Part shown: piece by piece, positions 1 through 8,547 of the stretch
How the letters are laid out: the number at the start of each line of letters is the position of its first letter
Numbering within the stretch: position 1 is the first letter of the stretch
Origin: an uncultured bacterium
GTDB taxonomy: Bacteria; CAYUVA01
DNA length: 64,000 nucleotides
Direction: 5' to 3'
Assembly (NCBI GenBank): GCA_964448115.1
Contig: CAYUVA010000007.1
Location: 14,689-78,688 of the forward strand
The notes under the pieces: model-generated
The model's database searches: none
The model's input: the letters and a program-made list of their open reading frames with translations, nothing else
What the model was told of the DNA's origin: nothing
Made by a program: the position numbers and the translations under genes

Positions 1-1608
1 CAGGTAACCATCAAGCTCTGGGATGCAGATCTAAATAGCGATCCAGGGGCTATTGACACGGTGGATATCCTGATCGTCTCCGAGAGCGATCCAGCAGGAG
101 TAACCGTTACACTTACCGAGACTGAGCCAGATATCGGCGCTTTTGAAGGGATGGTGCAATTTTCTCCCAGCGCAAGCGGGCCTGATACCATCAAGGTCGG
201 GCATGGAGACCTGGTGCAAGCCATTTACAACGATGAGGACTGCGAAGGGGAGCCACAACAAAGCACTGACTCCACAACCACAGATTGCATCGGTCCTAAT
301 ATCTCTGGGGTCGATGTGCCTAATATGACCAATGTGGCTGCCCAGATCGTGTGGACAACCGATGAACCGAGCAACAGTATCGTCAGGTACGGCAAGACCA
401 GCGAGTTAGGCAACGAAGAGATAATCGAAGACCTTGAGATAAATCATGAGGTTATTCTCTATGGTCTCGAAGAGGATACCGAGTACTACTTCGAGGTAGA
501 GTCGGTAGATCCCTATGGTAACAGCACGGTCTTTGATAACGGAGGTCAATATATCCGTTTTAGAACCAAGAGGATGGTTTTTGCATTCTATGATGACTTC
601 AACTTTAGGAAGGGCTGGAGTATAAACGGCGGACAGTGGGAACGGGACTTCCCGCAGGGAAGGGGCGGGGGCACTCCACCCTTCGGTGGCGGCAATCCTG
701 ATCCCGAGCACGATCATACCAGCGGAACCGGCAAGGTAATAGGAACCGACCTGACCCAGGATGGCAACTACGATACAGGCTCCATCTCCAGCATCACTTC
801 GCCGTCCATAAACTGCACCGGGATGACCGGCTGCCAGCTAAACTTCTTCCAGTGGCTGAATGTAGGCGAGGGAATGATACCCTTCGGTGATGGAGATAAC
901 GCCTTTATTGATATATCCGGCAATGGTGGCTTCTCCTGGGTCGAGATCTGGCGCAATACTCACGACATAACCGATAATGAGTGGAAAGAGCGCAACTACG
1001 ATATCTCATTCTGGGCTGACAATAAGCCAAATGTGAAGGTGCGCTTCAGGCTTGAGGCTCGAGCCTGGATGAGCGCCTATAGCGGCTGGAATGTAGATGA
1101 TGTGCTGATCAGGGGATATGCGCACGCCGGGGTGCCGACCGCTACACCAACATTCAATCCGACATATACCCCAACCCCGACTGGACAGGTGGCAACTCCG
1201 ACGCCGACTGCGACCTATACGGCAACTCCTACCCCCCCGGGTCCGACCTGGACTCCATCACCGACCCTTCCAGCTGATACACCTACCCCGACTAGGGTAC
1301 CTGGTGATGCTCCTTCAGTACGCATCGCTGGCTATTGGGATTCGAGGATCCACGCTAGCAGCGGGGGCATCATGCAGATCATCGCTATTGCTGATACAGC
1401 TCAGGGTGTCCCCGCCGACAAGTGCGAGGTATGCTATGGAGGTCTCCCCATCGGTTTAGAGATTCCCCGTTACAATGAAGGGGTCTTCTGGCTCACCTAT
1501 TTGCCTATCCAACCCGGCGCACCGCAAGGGAAATTTTTAATGGAGCTTATGCCTAGTTTGCAAACAATAGAAGGAAATCTCTGGCCGTATTTCATTGTAG
1601 GCGACTAA
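1..1608 (+). CDS. Secreted multidomain protein, 5'-partial (the frame is open from base 1). It has an FN3-like domain, a jelly-roll/MAM-like domain, a PT-rich linker and a conserved C-terminal domain (CTD) shared with two other proteins in the window.
   Basis: The frame is open from position 1, and the ORF-table 'start' at 61 is an in-frame GTG. IVWTTDEPSNSIVRYG...YYFEV resembles the FN3-like N-domain of metallophosphoesterases. A later segment ends in SGWNVDDVLI, typical of MAM/jelly-roll domain ends. A PTATPTFNPTYTPTPTG...TPTPT linker is followed by AGYWDSRIHASSGG...LWPYFIV, which aligns with the C-termini of the ORFs at 27900..30566 and 42069..43481. Confidence 0.6.
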   Translation, partial: QVTIKLWDADLNSDPGAIDTVDILIVSESDPAGVTVTLTETEPDIGAFEGMVQFSPSASGPDTIKVGHGDLVQAIYNDEDCEGEPQQSTDSTTTDCIGPNISGVDVPNMTNVAAQIVWTTDEPSNSIVRYGKTSELGNEEIIEDLEINHEVILYGLEEDTEYYFEVESVDPYGNSTVFDNGGQYIRFRTKRMVFAFYDDFNFRKGWSINGGQWERDFPQGRGGGTPPFGGGNPDPEHDHTSGTGKVIGTDLTQDGNYDTGSISSITSPSINCTGMTGCQLNFFQWLNVGEGMIPFGDGDNAFIDISGNGGFSWVEIWRNTHDITDNEWKERNYDISFWADNKPNVKVRFRLEARAWMSAYSGWNVDDVLIRGYAHAGVPTATPTFNPTYTPTPTGQVATPTPTATYTATPTPPGPTWTPSPTLPADTPTPTRVPGDAPSVRIAGYWDSRIHASSGGIMQIIAIADTAQGVPADKCEVCYGGLPIGLEIPRYNEGVFWLTYLPIQPGAPQGKFLMELMPSLQTIEGNLWPYFIVGD

Positions 1609-1741
1609 GAGAGGCTCGTTAGGAAGCAAACTGTTTCAATTATGAGACAGTTAATTTAAATAGAACTCCAGCGTGCTTGAAACATGGAAGGGTGTTTTTT
1701 CTATACAGTTTGTTTCCCCAAAGAGTATGCTGCTTGTAAAA

Positions 1742-1813
1742 TAGCGCTACGGGGAATCGAACCCCGGCTTGATGGCTGAGAACCACCTGTCCTAACCACT
1801 AGACGATAGCGCC
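1742..1813 (-). tRNA. tRNA-Glu (anticodon CUC), coordinates approximate to within about 3 nt.
   Basis: The reverse complement folds as a cloverleaf: acceptor GGCGCTA/TAGCGCT (with G1-U72), D-arm TCGTCTAGTGGTTAGGACA (Glu-like), anticodon stem GGTGG/CCATC with loop TTCTCAG giving anticodon CTC, and T-arm CGGGG-TTCGATT-CCCCG. CCA is not encoded. Confidence 0.55.
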
Positions 1814-1873
1814 GCCGTTCCTTCCCTTTATAAATAAAGGGAAGGGATGAGGATTGCATAGGCTCAATCCTCA

Positions 1874-1944
1874 CTGGGAGAGGAGGATTCGAACCCCCAT
1901 AGGCGGATCCAGAGTCCGCAGTCCTACCATTGGACGATCTCCCA
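1874..1944 (-). tRNA. tRNA-Gln (anticodon CUG), coordinates approximate.
   Basis: The reverse complement has acceptor TGGGAGA/TCTCCCA (U1-A72 is typical of bacterial tRNA-Gln), anticodon stem GCGGA/TCCGC with loop CTCTGGA giving CTG, and T-arm GGGGG-TTCGAAT-CCTCC. CCA is not encoded. Confidence 0.65.
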
Positions 1945-1984
1945 AGGCTCGCTTAAAAATCGCAATGTCAAAATAGCTCCCTAT

Positions 1985-2013
1985 AATATAGGAGTATATC
2001 CCCCTTTTGTCAA
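1985..2013 (-). promoter_or_regulatory. Sigma70-type promoter for the minus-strand tRNA-Gln/tRNA-Glu operon.
   Basis: On the minus strand the sequence reads TTGACA, a 17-nt spacer, then TATATT. The -10 element ends about 35 nt upstream of the tRNA-Gln 5' end. Confidence 0.5.
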
Positions 2014-2208
2014 GTTAATTTTTACTTTCTCGCCGCTTGCCAACCTCCAGCAAATAGGTTTTGTTAAATTTCATGATATCTTGATTTAATATGGCTTAAA
2101 GGCTAAGATACTAGGGAGGATGCCCAAGGCATTAGCCTAGGACTTTTATCTGCTTGCAGACTATGCTAGGCTAGATGGGAAAATGATAGATACGGAGTAA
2201 CAAGGACA

Positions 2209-2625
2209 ATGGGAAAAAAGATAAAGATATTGCTTGGAGTAGTTATTTTCTTTGCTGCGGTGATCTTCGCATACTTCAATAGCCAGAAGGTAACCCTTTA
2301 TTACTGGGAGGATAAACCGATACCCCTTTTAGGTTATGAGGCCATAAAGGTTGAGCCATCACCGGGAATGGATCCCATAGAGAAAAGAGGTGATGCAAGA
2401 GGGATACCATTATTCCTTTTGATCATTATCTCCTTTGTCCTTGGATTCGCCACCAACTGGATGCTAAGTCTTCGGGATTACATAAAGGTCAAGTGGAATC
2501 TTAGAAAGACCAACCGGGAGCTGAAGAAAGCTAAAAAGGATAAGGTTTCTTATCAAGCCAAACCAGAGTCGGTACCCACTGTGGAAAAAGCTGCCTCCAA
2601 AGAGAATAAACCACAGGCTCCTTGA
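2209..2625 (+). CDS. Small membrane protein with two TM helices and a Lys-rich C-terminal tail, possibly LapA/DUF1049-like.
   Basis: An AAGGA Shine-Dalgarno sits 5 nt upstream. Hydrophobic segments ILLGVVIFFAAVIFAYF and LFLLIIISFVLGFATNWML are followed by a KVKWNLRKTNRELKKAKKDK tail. Confidence 0.35.
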   Translation: MGKKIKILLGVVIFFAAVIFAYFNSQKVTLYYWEDKPIPLLGYEAIKVEPSPGMDPIEKRGDARGIPLFLLIIISFVLGFATNWMLSLRDYIKVKWNLRKTNRELKKAKKDKVSYQAKPESVPTVEKAASKENKPQAP

Positions 2626-2700
2626 TGCAAGGTTAAGACAAAATAGCAATATTCGAATATCTTTCTTATTCGCGCTATAATCAAATCTAACTGATTTCCG

Positions 2701-5181
2701 ATGCAAGGTTTTACTATATTCTCTACAGGCATTGAAGGGCTTGACCAAGCCCTTGATGGGATTCAGCCTGGCGATAGCATCCTATGGCTGGCTGATACCC
2801 TAAAGGATTATGTCTATGTGGTGGATAAGCTGTTTGAGTATAACAGGAAGCGTCAAGCCCCGGCAATCTATATCAACTGCGGCGATTATTGTCTGTACCA
2901 TCCGAGCATAGGGCGTCCTTTCCACTATGTAACCTGCGATATTAAGTCAGACTCTAAGCGAATGATAAAAGCGATAAGTCCCTATGCAGCCAAATTTCGC
3001 TTCTCTAAGGCTGCCTTCATTCTTGATCCCCTGGAGAACATATACAGTAAGCTTGGTAAAGATAAGAGGCAGCTTATCGGATTTTTGAACAGCTTCCTCG
3101 AGCTGCTTGCGGACTATAAACACATCGCCTATCTGGCAAGCCTGGGCGATTCGCTGCCAAGCGATATTATTAAGGAAGTAAAAGAACTGACAACTATCAA
3201 TCTTGAGATAAGCTCCAATGAAAGCGGTTTCAGTATCCTTGCCCAAAAGGTTGCCGGCAGATTCAATCAAGGCATGTATAAAAGGCTAGTGATTACAGAT
3301 GGTCAAGTGGTTAGTAAGCAAAAAATCGATGAAAAAAAATATATTGATCTGCTTATAGATAAGATTGATGAGCTGATAACTATCAATAAATCGATTACCG
3401 AGCAAGCTACCAGTTCCAAAAGGGAGCTTGAGTTCCTCAACGAGATCCTCGAATCCTCAGCAGAAGCAATAATCATAGTAGATCGGTATGGTTATATAAG
3501 GACTTGGAATCAAGGGGCAGAAAGGCTGTTCGGTTATAAGTCCGAGGAGATGTACGGCAAGCCGCTCAACACCCTGTTCGGGCTGGTTCAAATGAAGGAG
3601 CAGCAGCTTGATGACCTGACCAAGGCGCTGATGCGAAAAAACTTCGTTATGAACTATATCTTCACGGCGAGGACCCGAGATGACGAGGAGATATTTATAG
3701 ATATGACCAATACCCTGATCAGGGATGAGGAAGGCGATATCTTGGGAACCTCGATAATCATGCGCGATATTACCGACCGGGTATTGCTTGAGCGATGGCT
3801 ACAGAAGAACATCGAAGAGCTAACCATCTTGAATAACCTGTCCAGACTGCTTTATAGCACGCTAGATCTAGAGGAGATCTTCAAGATAGTGCTTATTGGG
3901 ATCACTGCCAATGAAGGGCTTGCCTTCAATCGAGCCTTCCTTTTTCTGTACGACGAGGAGACAGAATCCCTGGCAGGAAGGATGGCGGTCGGACCGTCAA
4001 GCCCGCAAGAAGCTGGACGAATATGGAATGACCTGAAGACCAAATCAGCCAGCATCGAGGATATACTCCATATTTACCGAAGCGGAGATGATAGCGCTGA
4101 TCAACTGCTAAACCAGAAGGTTAGGGAGATAAAATTTCATGATGATAAGGAGCCTGAGAATATAATATTCAAGGCATTCCGGGAGCGAAGGACCGTGAGG
4201 GTTATGGCAGGTAAAATGGCAAGCCCGGCAGTACAAAGGCTCAAAGATGCCCTGGGAATGGAACAATTCGCCATCGCCCCTTTGTACGACGAGAATCATC
4301 CAGTAGGGATCATTATTGCTGATAACTTCATCACCGGTAAAGGCATCACAGATGCTGACTTAGCCATACTGGGCAATCTTGCATTTCAGACCGGGTCTGC
4401 AATCAGCAAAGCCAAGCTCTATGTGGAGCTTGATAAAAAGGTGGAGGATCTTGATAAGATAAACCTTGAACTTAAGCAAAACCAGCAACTACTCCTTAAG
4501 TACACCCAATTATCAGCCATTGGAGAGATCGCCACCAAAGTGGCTCACGAGATACGAAATCCGCTATCAGCTATTGGTGGATTAAGCCGTTCATTGAGAG
4601 ATGACCTGGTCAAGGATGAATCGAGCATCCAGGTGCTAGATATTATCATCAGCGAGGTGGACCGCCTGGAAAATATTGTAAACGAGATACTTAATATGGC
4701 AAAGCCGGTATCGATAAAAAAACAACCTAAAGATCTCCATGATATATTAAGAAATATACTTGAGATTTTAGAAAAGGAATTGAAAGCCAACCAGGTTCTA
4801 GTGAAACTATGTTTTGATGAATCGATACCATTGGTTATGGTCGATGAGGAGAGAATGCGTCAGGTATTTCTGAACCTGATCATGAACGCTATACAGGCAA
4901 TGCCTAACGGTGGAGAATTAACCATCTCGACATCCAGGTCTAAAAACAATCTGATAGTGGAAATAATCGATAACGGAGTCGGCATTGCACAAGAGAATCT
5001 TAAACAAATATTTAATCCTTTCTTCACTACAAAATCACGCGGATCTGGTCTAGGATTGAATATTGTAAAACAGATCATTGCGGAACATAACGGCATGATA
5101 GATGTGGAAAGTAAGGTAGATCATGGAACAAGAATAATAATAAAGCTACCCTTGTCCAAAATATTCAAGGAGGTGGACTAG
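2701..5181 (+). CDS. Multidomain sensor histidine kinase with an N-terminal degenerate KaiC/RecA-like domain, then PAS, GAF, HisKA and HATPase_c domains.
   Basis: The N-terminus STGIEGLDQALDGIQPGDSILWLAD matches the KaiC/RadA start (GIxGLDxxLGGG) but the Walker A GxxGxGKT motif is missing. A PAS segment is EFLNEILESSAEAIIIVDRYGYIRTWNQGAERLFGY, with a GAF-like segment between residues 380 and 560. The H-box is VAHEIRNPLSAIGG, and the ATPase lid is DNGVGIAQENLKQIFNPFFTTK...GSGLGLNIV. Confidence 0.8.
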   Translation: MQGFTIFSTGIEGLDQALDGIQPGDSILWLADTLKDYVYVVDKLFEYNRKRQAPAIYINCGDYCLYHPSIGRPFHYVTCDIKSDSKRMIKAISPYAAKFRFSKAAFILDPLENIYSKLGKDKRQLIGFLNSFLELLADYKHIAYLASLGDSLPSDIIKEVKELTTINLEISSNESGFSILAQKVAGRFNQGMYKRLVITDGQVVSKQKIDEKKYIDLLIDKIDELITINKSITEQATSSKRELEFLNEILESSAEAIIIVDRYGYIRTWNQGAERLFGYKSEEMYGKPLNTLFGLVQMKEQQLDDLTKALMRKNFVMNYIFTARTRDDEEIFIDMTNTLIRDEEGDILGTSIIMRDITDRVLLERWLQKNIEELTILNNLSRLLYSTLDLEEIFKIVLIGITANEGLAFNRAFLFLYDEETESLAGRMAVGPSSPQEAGRIWNDLKTKSASIEDILHIYRSGDDSADQLLNQKVREIKFHDDKEPENIIFKAFRERRTVRVMAGKMASPAVQRLKDALGMEQFAIAPLYDENHPVGIIIADNFITGKGITDADLAILGNLAFQTGSAISKAKLYVELDKKVEDLDKINLELKQNQQLLLKYTQLSAIGEIATKVAHEIRNPLSAIGGLSRSLRDDLVKDESSIQVLDIIISEVDRLENIVNEILNMAKPVSIKKQPKDLHDILRNILEILEKELKANQVLVKLCFDESIPLVMVDEERMRQVFLNLIMNAIQAMPNGGELTISTSRSKNNLIVEIIDNGVGIAQENLKQIFNPFFTTKSRGSGLGLNIVKQIIAEHNGMIDVESKVDHGTRIIIKLPLSKIFKEVD

Positions 5182-5184
5182 AAG

Positions 5185-5553
5185 GTGTATAAGATAATGG
5201 TTGTTGATGATGAGCTGAGCCTACGCATCCTGTATGAGAAAGAGCTGCGCAAGGAAGGCTATCAGGTGTTTTTAGCCGCCAGCGGAAGTGAAGCACTCGA
5301 TAAATTCGAGCAGGTCAATCCAGATCTAGTTGTGCTGGATATCCACATGCCAGGCATGGATGGGATCGAGACCATGAATCGTATGCTCGATATCAACGCA
5401 AAGCTGCCGGTGCTTCTTAACACAGGCTATAGCGATTACAAGGACGATTTCAGAAGCTGGTCCGCGGAGTCCTATATAATCAAGTCTGGAGATCTTTCCG
5501 AGCTTAAAAATACTATAAAAAAGGTACTGGAAAAGAAGACTTCCGATAGCTAA
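5185..5553 (+). CDS. Stand-alone response-regulator receiver domain (CheY-like).
   Basis: MVVDDE...LVVLDIHMPGMDGIE...LNTGY...KSGDLSELK carries the receiver signature residues D, D, T and K. An AAGGAGG Shine-Dalgarno lies inside the 3' end of the kinase gene, and the start is coupled to the kinase stop. Confidence 0.85.
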   Translation: MYKIMVVDDELSLRILYEKELRKEGYQVFLAASGSEALDKFEQVNPDLVVLDIHMPGMDGIETMNRMLDINAKLPVLLNTGYSDYKDDFRSWSAESYIIKSGDLSELKNTIKKVLEKKTSDS

Positions 5554-5601
5554 TTAAAAGCCTCACATAAACAACAAATAATCAAGGGGAATTCAATTAA
5601 A

Positions 5602-6825
5602 TTGTATTTTAAGACCGACCTATTGACCATAGTGCTCGCCGGCGGAAAGGGCGAAAGACTCTATCCACTTACCAAGGATAGAGCCAAGCCGGCCGTTCCC
5701 TTTGGAGGAATATATAGGATTATTGACTTCACCCTATCCAACTGCCTGAACTCGAATATCAGGAAAATATACATACTGACCCAGTACAAGTCCTTGTCCT
5801 TGAATCGACATTTAAGGATAGGATGGAACATCTATAACCAGGAGCTTGGTGAATATATCATCGCGGTTGCCCCTCAACAAAGACAGGTAAATCGCTGGTA
5901 TCTGGGAACCGCTGATGCCATCTTCCAGAATATCTACACGCTTCAGATGGAGAGACCCAAAAGGGTCTTGATACTCGGCGGAGACCATATCTATAAGATG
6001 GACTACAGCAAGATGGTTAAAGCACACATAGAAAATGAAGCAGATGTAACCATCGGAGCTATACCGGTGCAAAAATCTGAAGCTATGCGCTTCGGGGTGA
6101 TCGAGGTGGATAAAGATAGCCGGGTAGTTGCATTTCACGAGAAAGTGCCCAATCCTCCGAGCATACCTGGAGATACTGACCACTGCCTTGCATCCATGGG
6201 AATATATGTCTTCGATACCGAGACGCTGGTTAGAGCAGTCATCGATGACTCCAAGGAGGAAGGAGAGCATGACTTCGGCAAGAATATACTGCCCAAGCTG
6301 GTGGATTCTCATCGTCTGTTCGTTTATTCGTTCGTTGACGAGAACAAGGAACTGGAGCCATACTGGCGGGATATAGGCACGCTCGATTCCTACTATGAGG
6401 CTAATATGGACCTGGTGAGCATCAAGCCGCATTTTAATCTGTATGATAGGGACTGGCCGGTTCGAACCTACAGCGTTCCCGGTCCGCCAGCCAAGTTCGT
6501 TCATGCTGTCCAAAATCGTAAAGGAATGGCTCTACAATCTCTTGTATCCCAAGGATGTATAATCTCAGGAGCAAGGGTTTTCCATTCAATAATTTCCCCA
6601 CATGTAAAGATACATAGCTACGCCAGTGTGGAGAACTCAATACTCTTCTCCGGCGTGGAGGTGATGGAGCATGCAAGGATTAAAAACACCATCATAGATA
6701 AAGATGTGAAGATACCTCAGGGATATGAGATCGGATATGACCTCGAAAAGGATAAAAAGGAATTCGCTGTTACTGAAAATGGGATCGTGGTTGTACCTAA
6801 GGGCATGATCCTGGAGAAGACATGA
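5602..6825 (+). CDS. glgC: Glucose-1-phosphate adenylyltransferase (ADP-glucose pyrophosphorylase).
   Basis: The N-terminus LAGGKGERLYPLTKDRAKPAVPFGGIYRIIDFTLSNCLNS is typical of GlgC, and a left-handed beta-helix lies at the C-terminus. The start is TTG, with AAGGGGA about 11 nt upstream. Confidence 0.85.
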   Translation: MYFKTDLLTIVLAGGKGERLYPLTKDRAKPAVPFGGIYRIIDFTLSNCLNSNIRKIYILTQYKSLSLNRHLRIGWNIYNQELGEYIIAVAPQQRQVNRWYLGTADAIFQNIYTLQMERPKRVLILGGDHIYKMDYSKMVKAHIENEADVTIGAIPVQKSEAMRFGVIEVDKDSRVVAFHEKVPNPPSIPGDTDHCLASMGIYVFDTETLVRAVIDDSKEEGEHDFGKNILPKLVDSHRLFVYSFVDENKELEPYWRDIGTLDSYYEANMDLVSIKPHFNLYDRDWPVRTYSVPGPPAKFVHAVQNRKGMALQSLVSQGCIISGARVFHSIISPHVKIHSYASVENSILFSGVEVMEHARIKNTIIDKDVKIPQGYEIGYDLEKDKKEFAVTENGIVVVPKGMILEKT

Positions 6826-6858
6826 GATCGAGAAATTCAACTAATAACGGAGGTTAAA

Positions 6859-8328
6859 ATGAGCGAAAAAATCGCTATACTAATGGTTGCTTCAGAGGTA
6901 GCTCCTTTTGCCAAGACCGGCGGGCTTGCCGATGTAGTCGGCTCCCTTCCTAAGGCACTTCAAAGGCTAAATGTGGATGTCCGCATTATTATGCCTCGCT
7001 ACAAGACCATAGATCCCCATAAGTATAAGCTCAAAAGGCGACTTGAGGATATTACTATCAAGATGGGAGACTACAGTTATCATGGCGACTTACTCGAAGG
7101 AAAACTCAATGATAAAGTGCCTATTTACCTGGTAGAAAATAAACAGTTCTACGATCGGGACAATCTATACTCCACACCTGGCGGAGATTATCCTGATAAC
7201 CTGGAGAGATTCACCTTCCTCAATCGATTCGCTATGCAAGTGCTTGACAAGATAGACTTCGTTCCGGATATCATCCATTGCCATGACTGGCAGAGCGGGT
7301 TGATACCAGCCTACATCAAGAAACTGTATAAGAACGATAAGAACTTTGGCGGAATAAAAACCATATTCACCATCCATAACATAGCCTATCAGGGCAATTT
7401 CCCCTCGGAGAAGCTTCCAATTACCGGCTTGCCTTGGGAGGTATATAACATGAACGAGGTCGAGTTCTATGGTCGCTTCAGCCTGATAAAAAGCGGCATC
7501 GTTTACTCTGATGCAATAACCACGGTAAGCGAGGGCTACAGCAGGGAGATCCAGACCGCTGAGTACGGTTATGGCTTAGAGGGGATACTCTCTCACCGAA
7601 AGGATCGCTTGTATGGCATCATAAACGGCGTGGATTACGAGCAATGGAATCCTCGAACCGATGATCTGATCGCTAAAAACTATGACCTTGATGACCTTGA
7701 GGGGAAAAAGGAATGTAAGCGCGACCTACTAAGGGAGTTCAATATTGAGCCCAACTTTGGCGGTCCCGTGCTCGGCATGATAACCCGCCTTGCAGACCAG
7801 AAAGGACTCGATCTGGTAGCCCAAATTATCCCGCACCTCCTAAGAAAGAAGGTGGTCTTCGTGCTTCTGGGCACCGGCGAGGAGAAATATCATATCCTTT
7901 TCGAGAACCTGGCAAGGCGCTATCCTAAGAAGACCGGCATCAGCATAGCCTACGATAATTCCATGGCGCACAAGATAGAAGCTGGCGCGGATATGTTCCT
8001 CATGCCATCCAGGTACGAGCCATGTGGGCTAAACCAGATGTATAGTCTAAGGTATGGCACCATCCCTATTGTAAGAGCGACCGGAGGTCTCGATGATACT
8101 ATCGTGGAGTTTGATCCCAAGACCGGACAGGGTAATGGATTCAAATTCCATCGCTACGATGCAGGGGACTTTCTTGCAGCAATAAACCGCGCTATGGAGC
8201 AGTACCGAAGAAAGAGAACCTGGGACAAGCTGATTGAGAACGCTATGCGATGCGACTTCTCCTGGGATGCCTCAGCCAAGAAGTATCTTAGGCTATACAA
8301 AAGACTGCTGGGTATAACCACAGGATAA
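6859..8328 (+). CDS. glgA: Glycogen synthase (GT5, ADP-glucose type).
   Basis: KTGGLADVVGSLPKAL is the canonical GlgA N-terminal motif, and the C-terminal half is GT-B-like. Confidence 0.85.
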   Translation: MSEKIAILMVASEVAPFAKTGGLADVVGSLPKALQRLNVDVRIIMPRYKTIDPHKYKLKRRLEDITIKMGDYSYHGDLLEGKLNDKVPIYLVENKQFYDRDNLYSTPGGDYPDNLERFTFLNRFAMQVLDKIDFVPDIIHCHDWQSGLIPAYIKKLYKNDKNFGGIKTIFTIHNIAYQGNFPSEKLPITGLPWEVYNMNEVEFYGRFSLIKSGIVYSDAITTVSEGYSREIQTAEYGYGLEGILSHRKDRLYGIINGVDYEQWNPRTDDLIAKNYDLDDLEGKKECKRDLLREFNIEPNFGGPVLGMITRLADQKGLDLVAQIIPHLLRKKVVFVLLGTGEEKYHILFENLARRYPKKTGISIAYDNSMAHKIEAGADMFLMPSRYEPCGLNQMYSLRYGTIPIVRATGGLDDTIVEFDPKTGQGNGFKFHRYDAGDFLAAINRAMEQYRRKRTWDKLIENAMRCDFSWDASAKKYLRLYKRLLGITTG

Positions 8329-8488
8329 ACATCTTTTGAAAGGAAGCCACCATTGATAATCCAATATGACTCCATATAAAAGTCGAGGCTCGCAGAGAAA
8401 TTGCCGGCAGGGTCGTTGAAGGAATACTTGAATTATTCTAAAAAAATATGACTTTTTCGCCAAAAGAGAAATTATGTTTAAAGAAGAT

Positions 8489-8517
8489 TTGTTCAAAATG
8501 AATAAATATGCTATATA
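8489..8517 (+). promoter_or_regulatory. Candidate sigma70 promoter for the GH57 operon.
   Basis: TTGTTC, a 17-nt spacer and TATATA sit in an AT-rich 220-nt intergenic region about 30 nt upstream of the ORF at 8548. Confidence 0.3.
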
Positions 8518-8547
8518 AGTAATGAATATAGAAATATTTCAATTATA

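Noticed and set aside
5812-6513. A 233-aa ORF antisense to glgC.
   Set aside because: It lies entirely inside the strongly supported glgC reading frame and has no recognisable motifs, so it is a typical antisense artefact.
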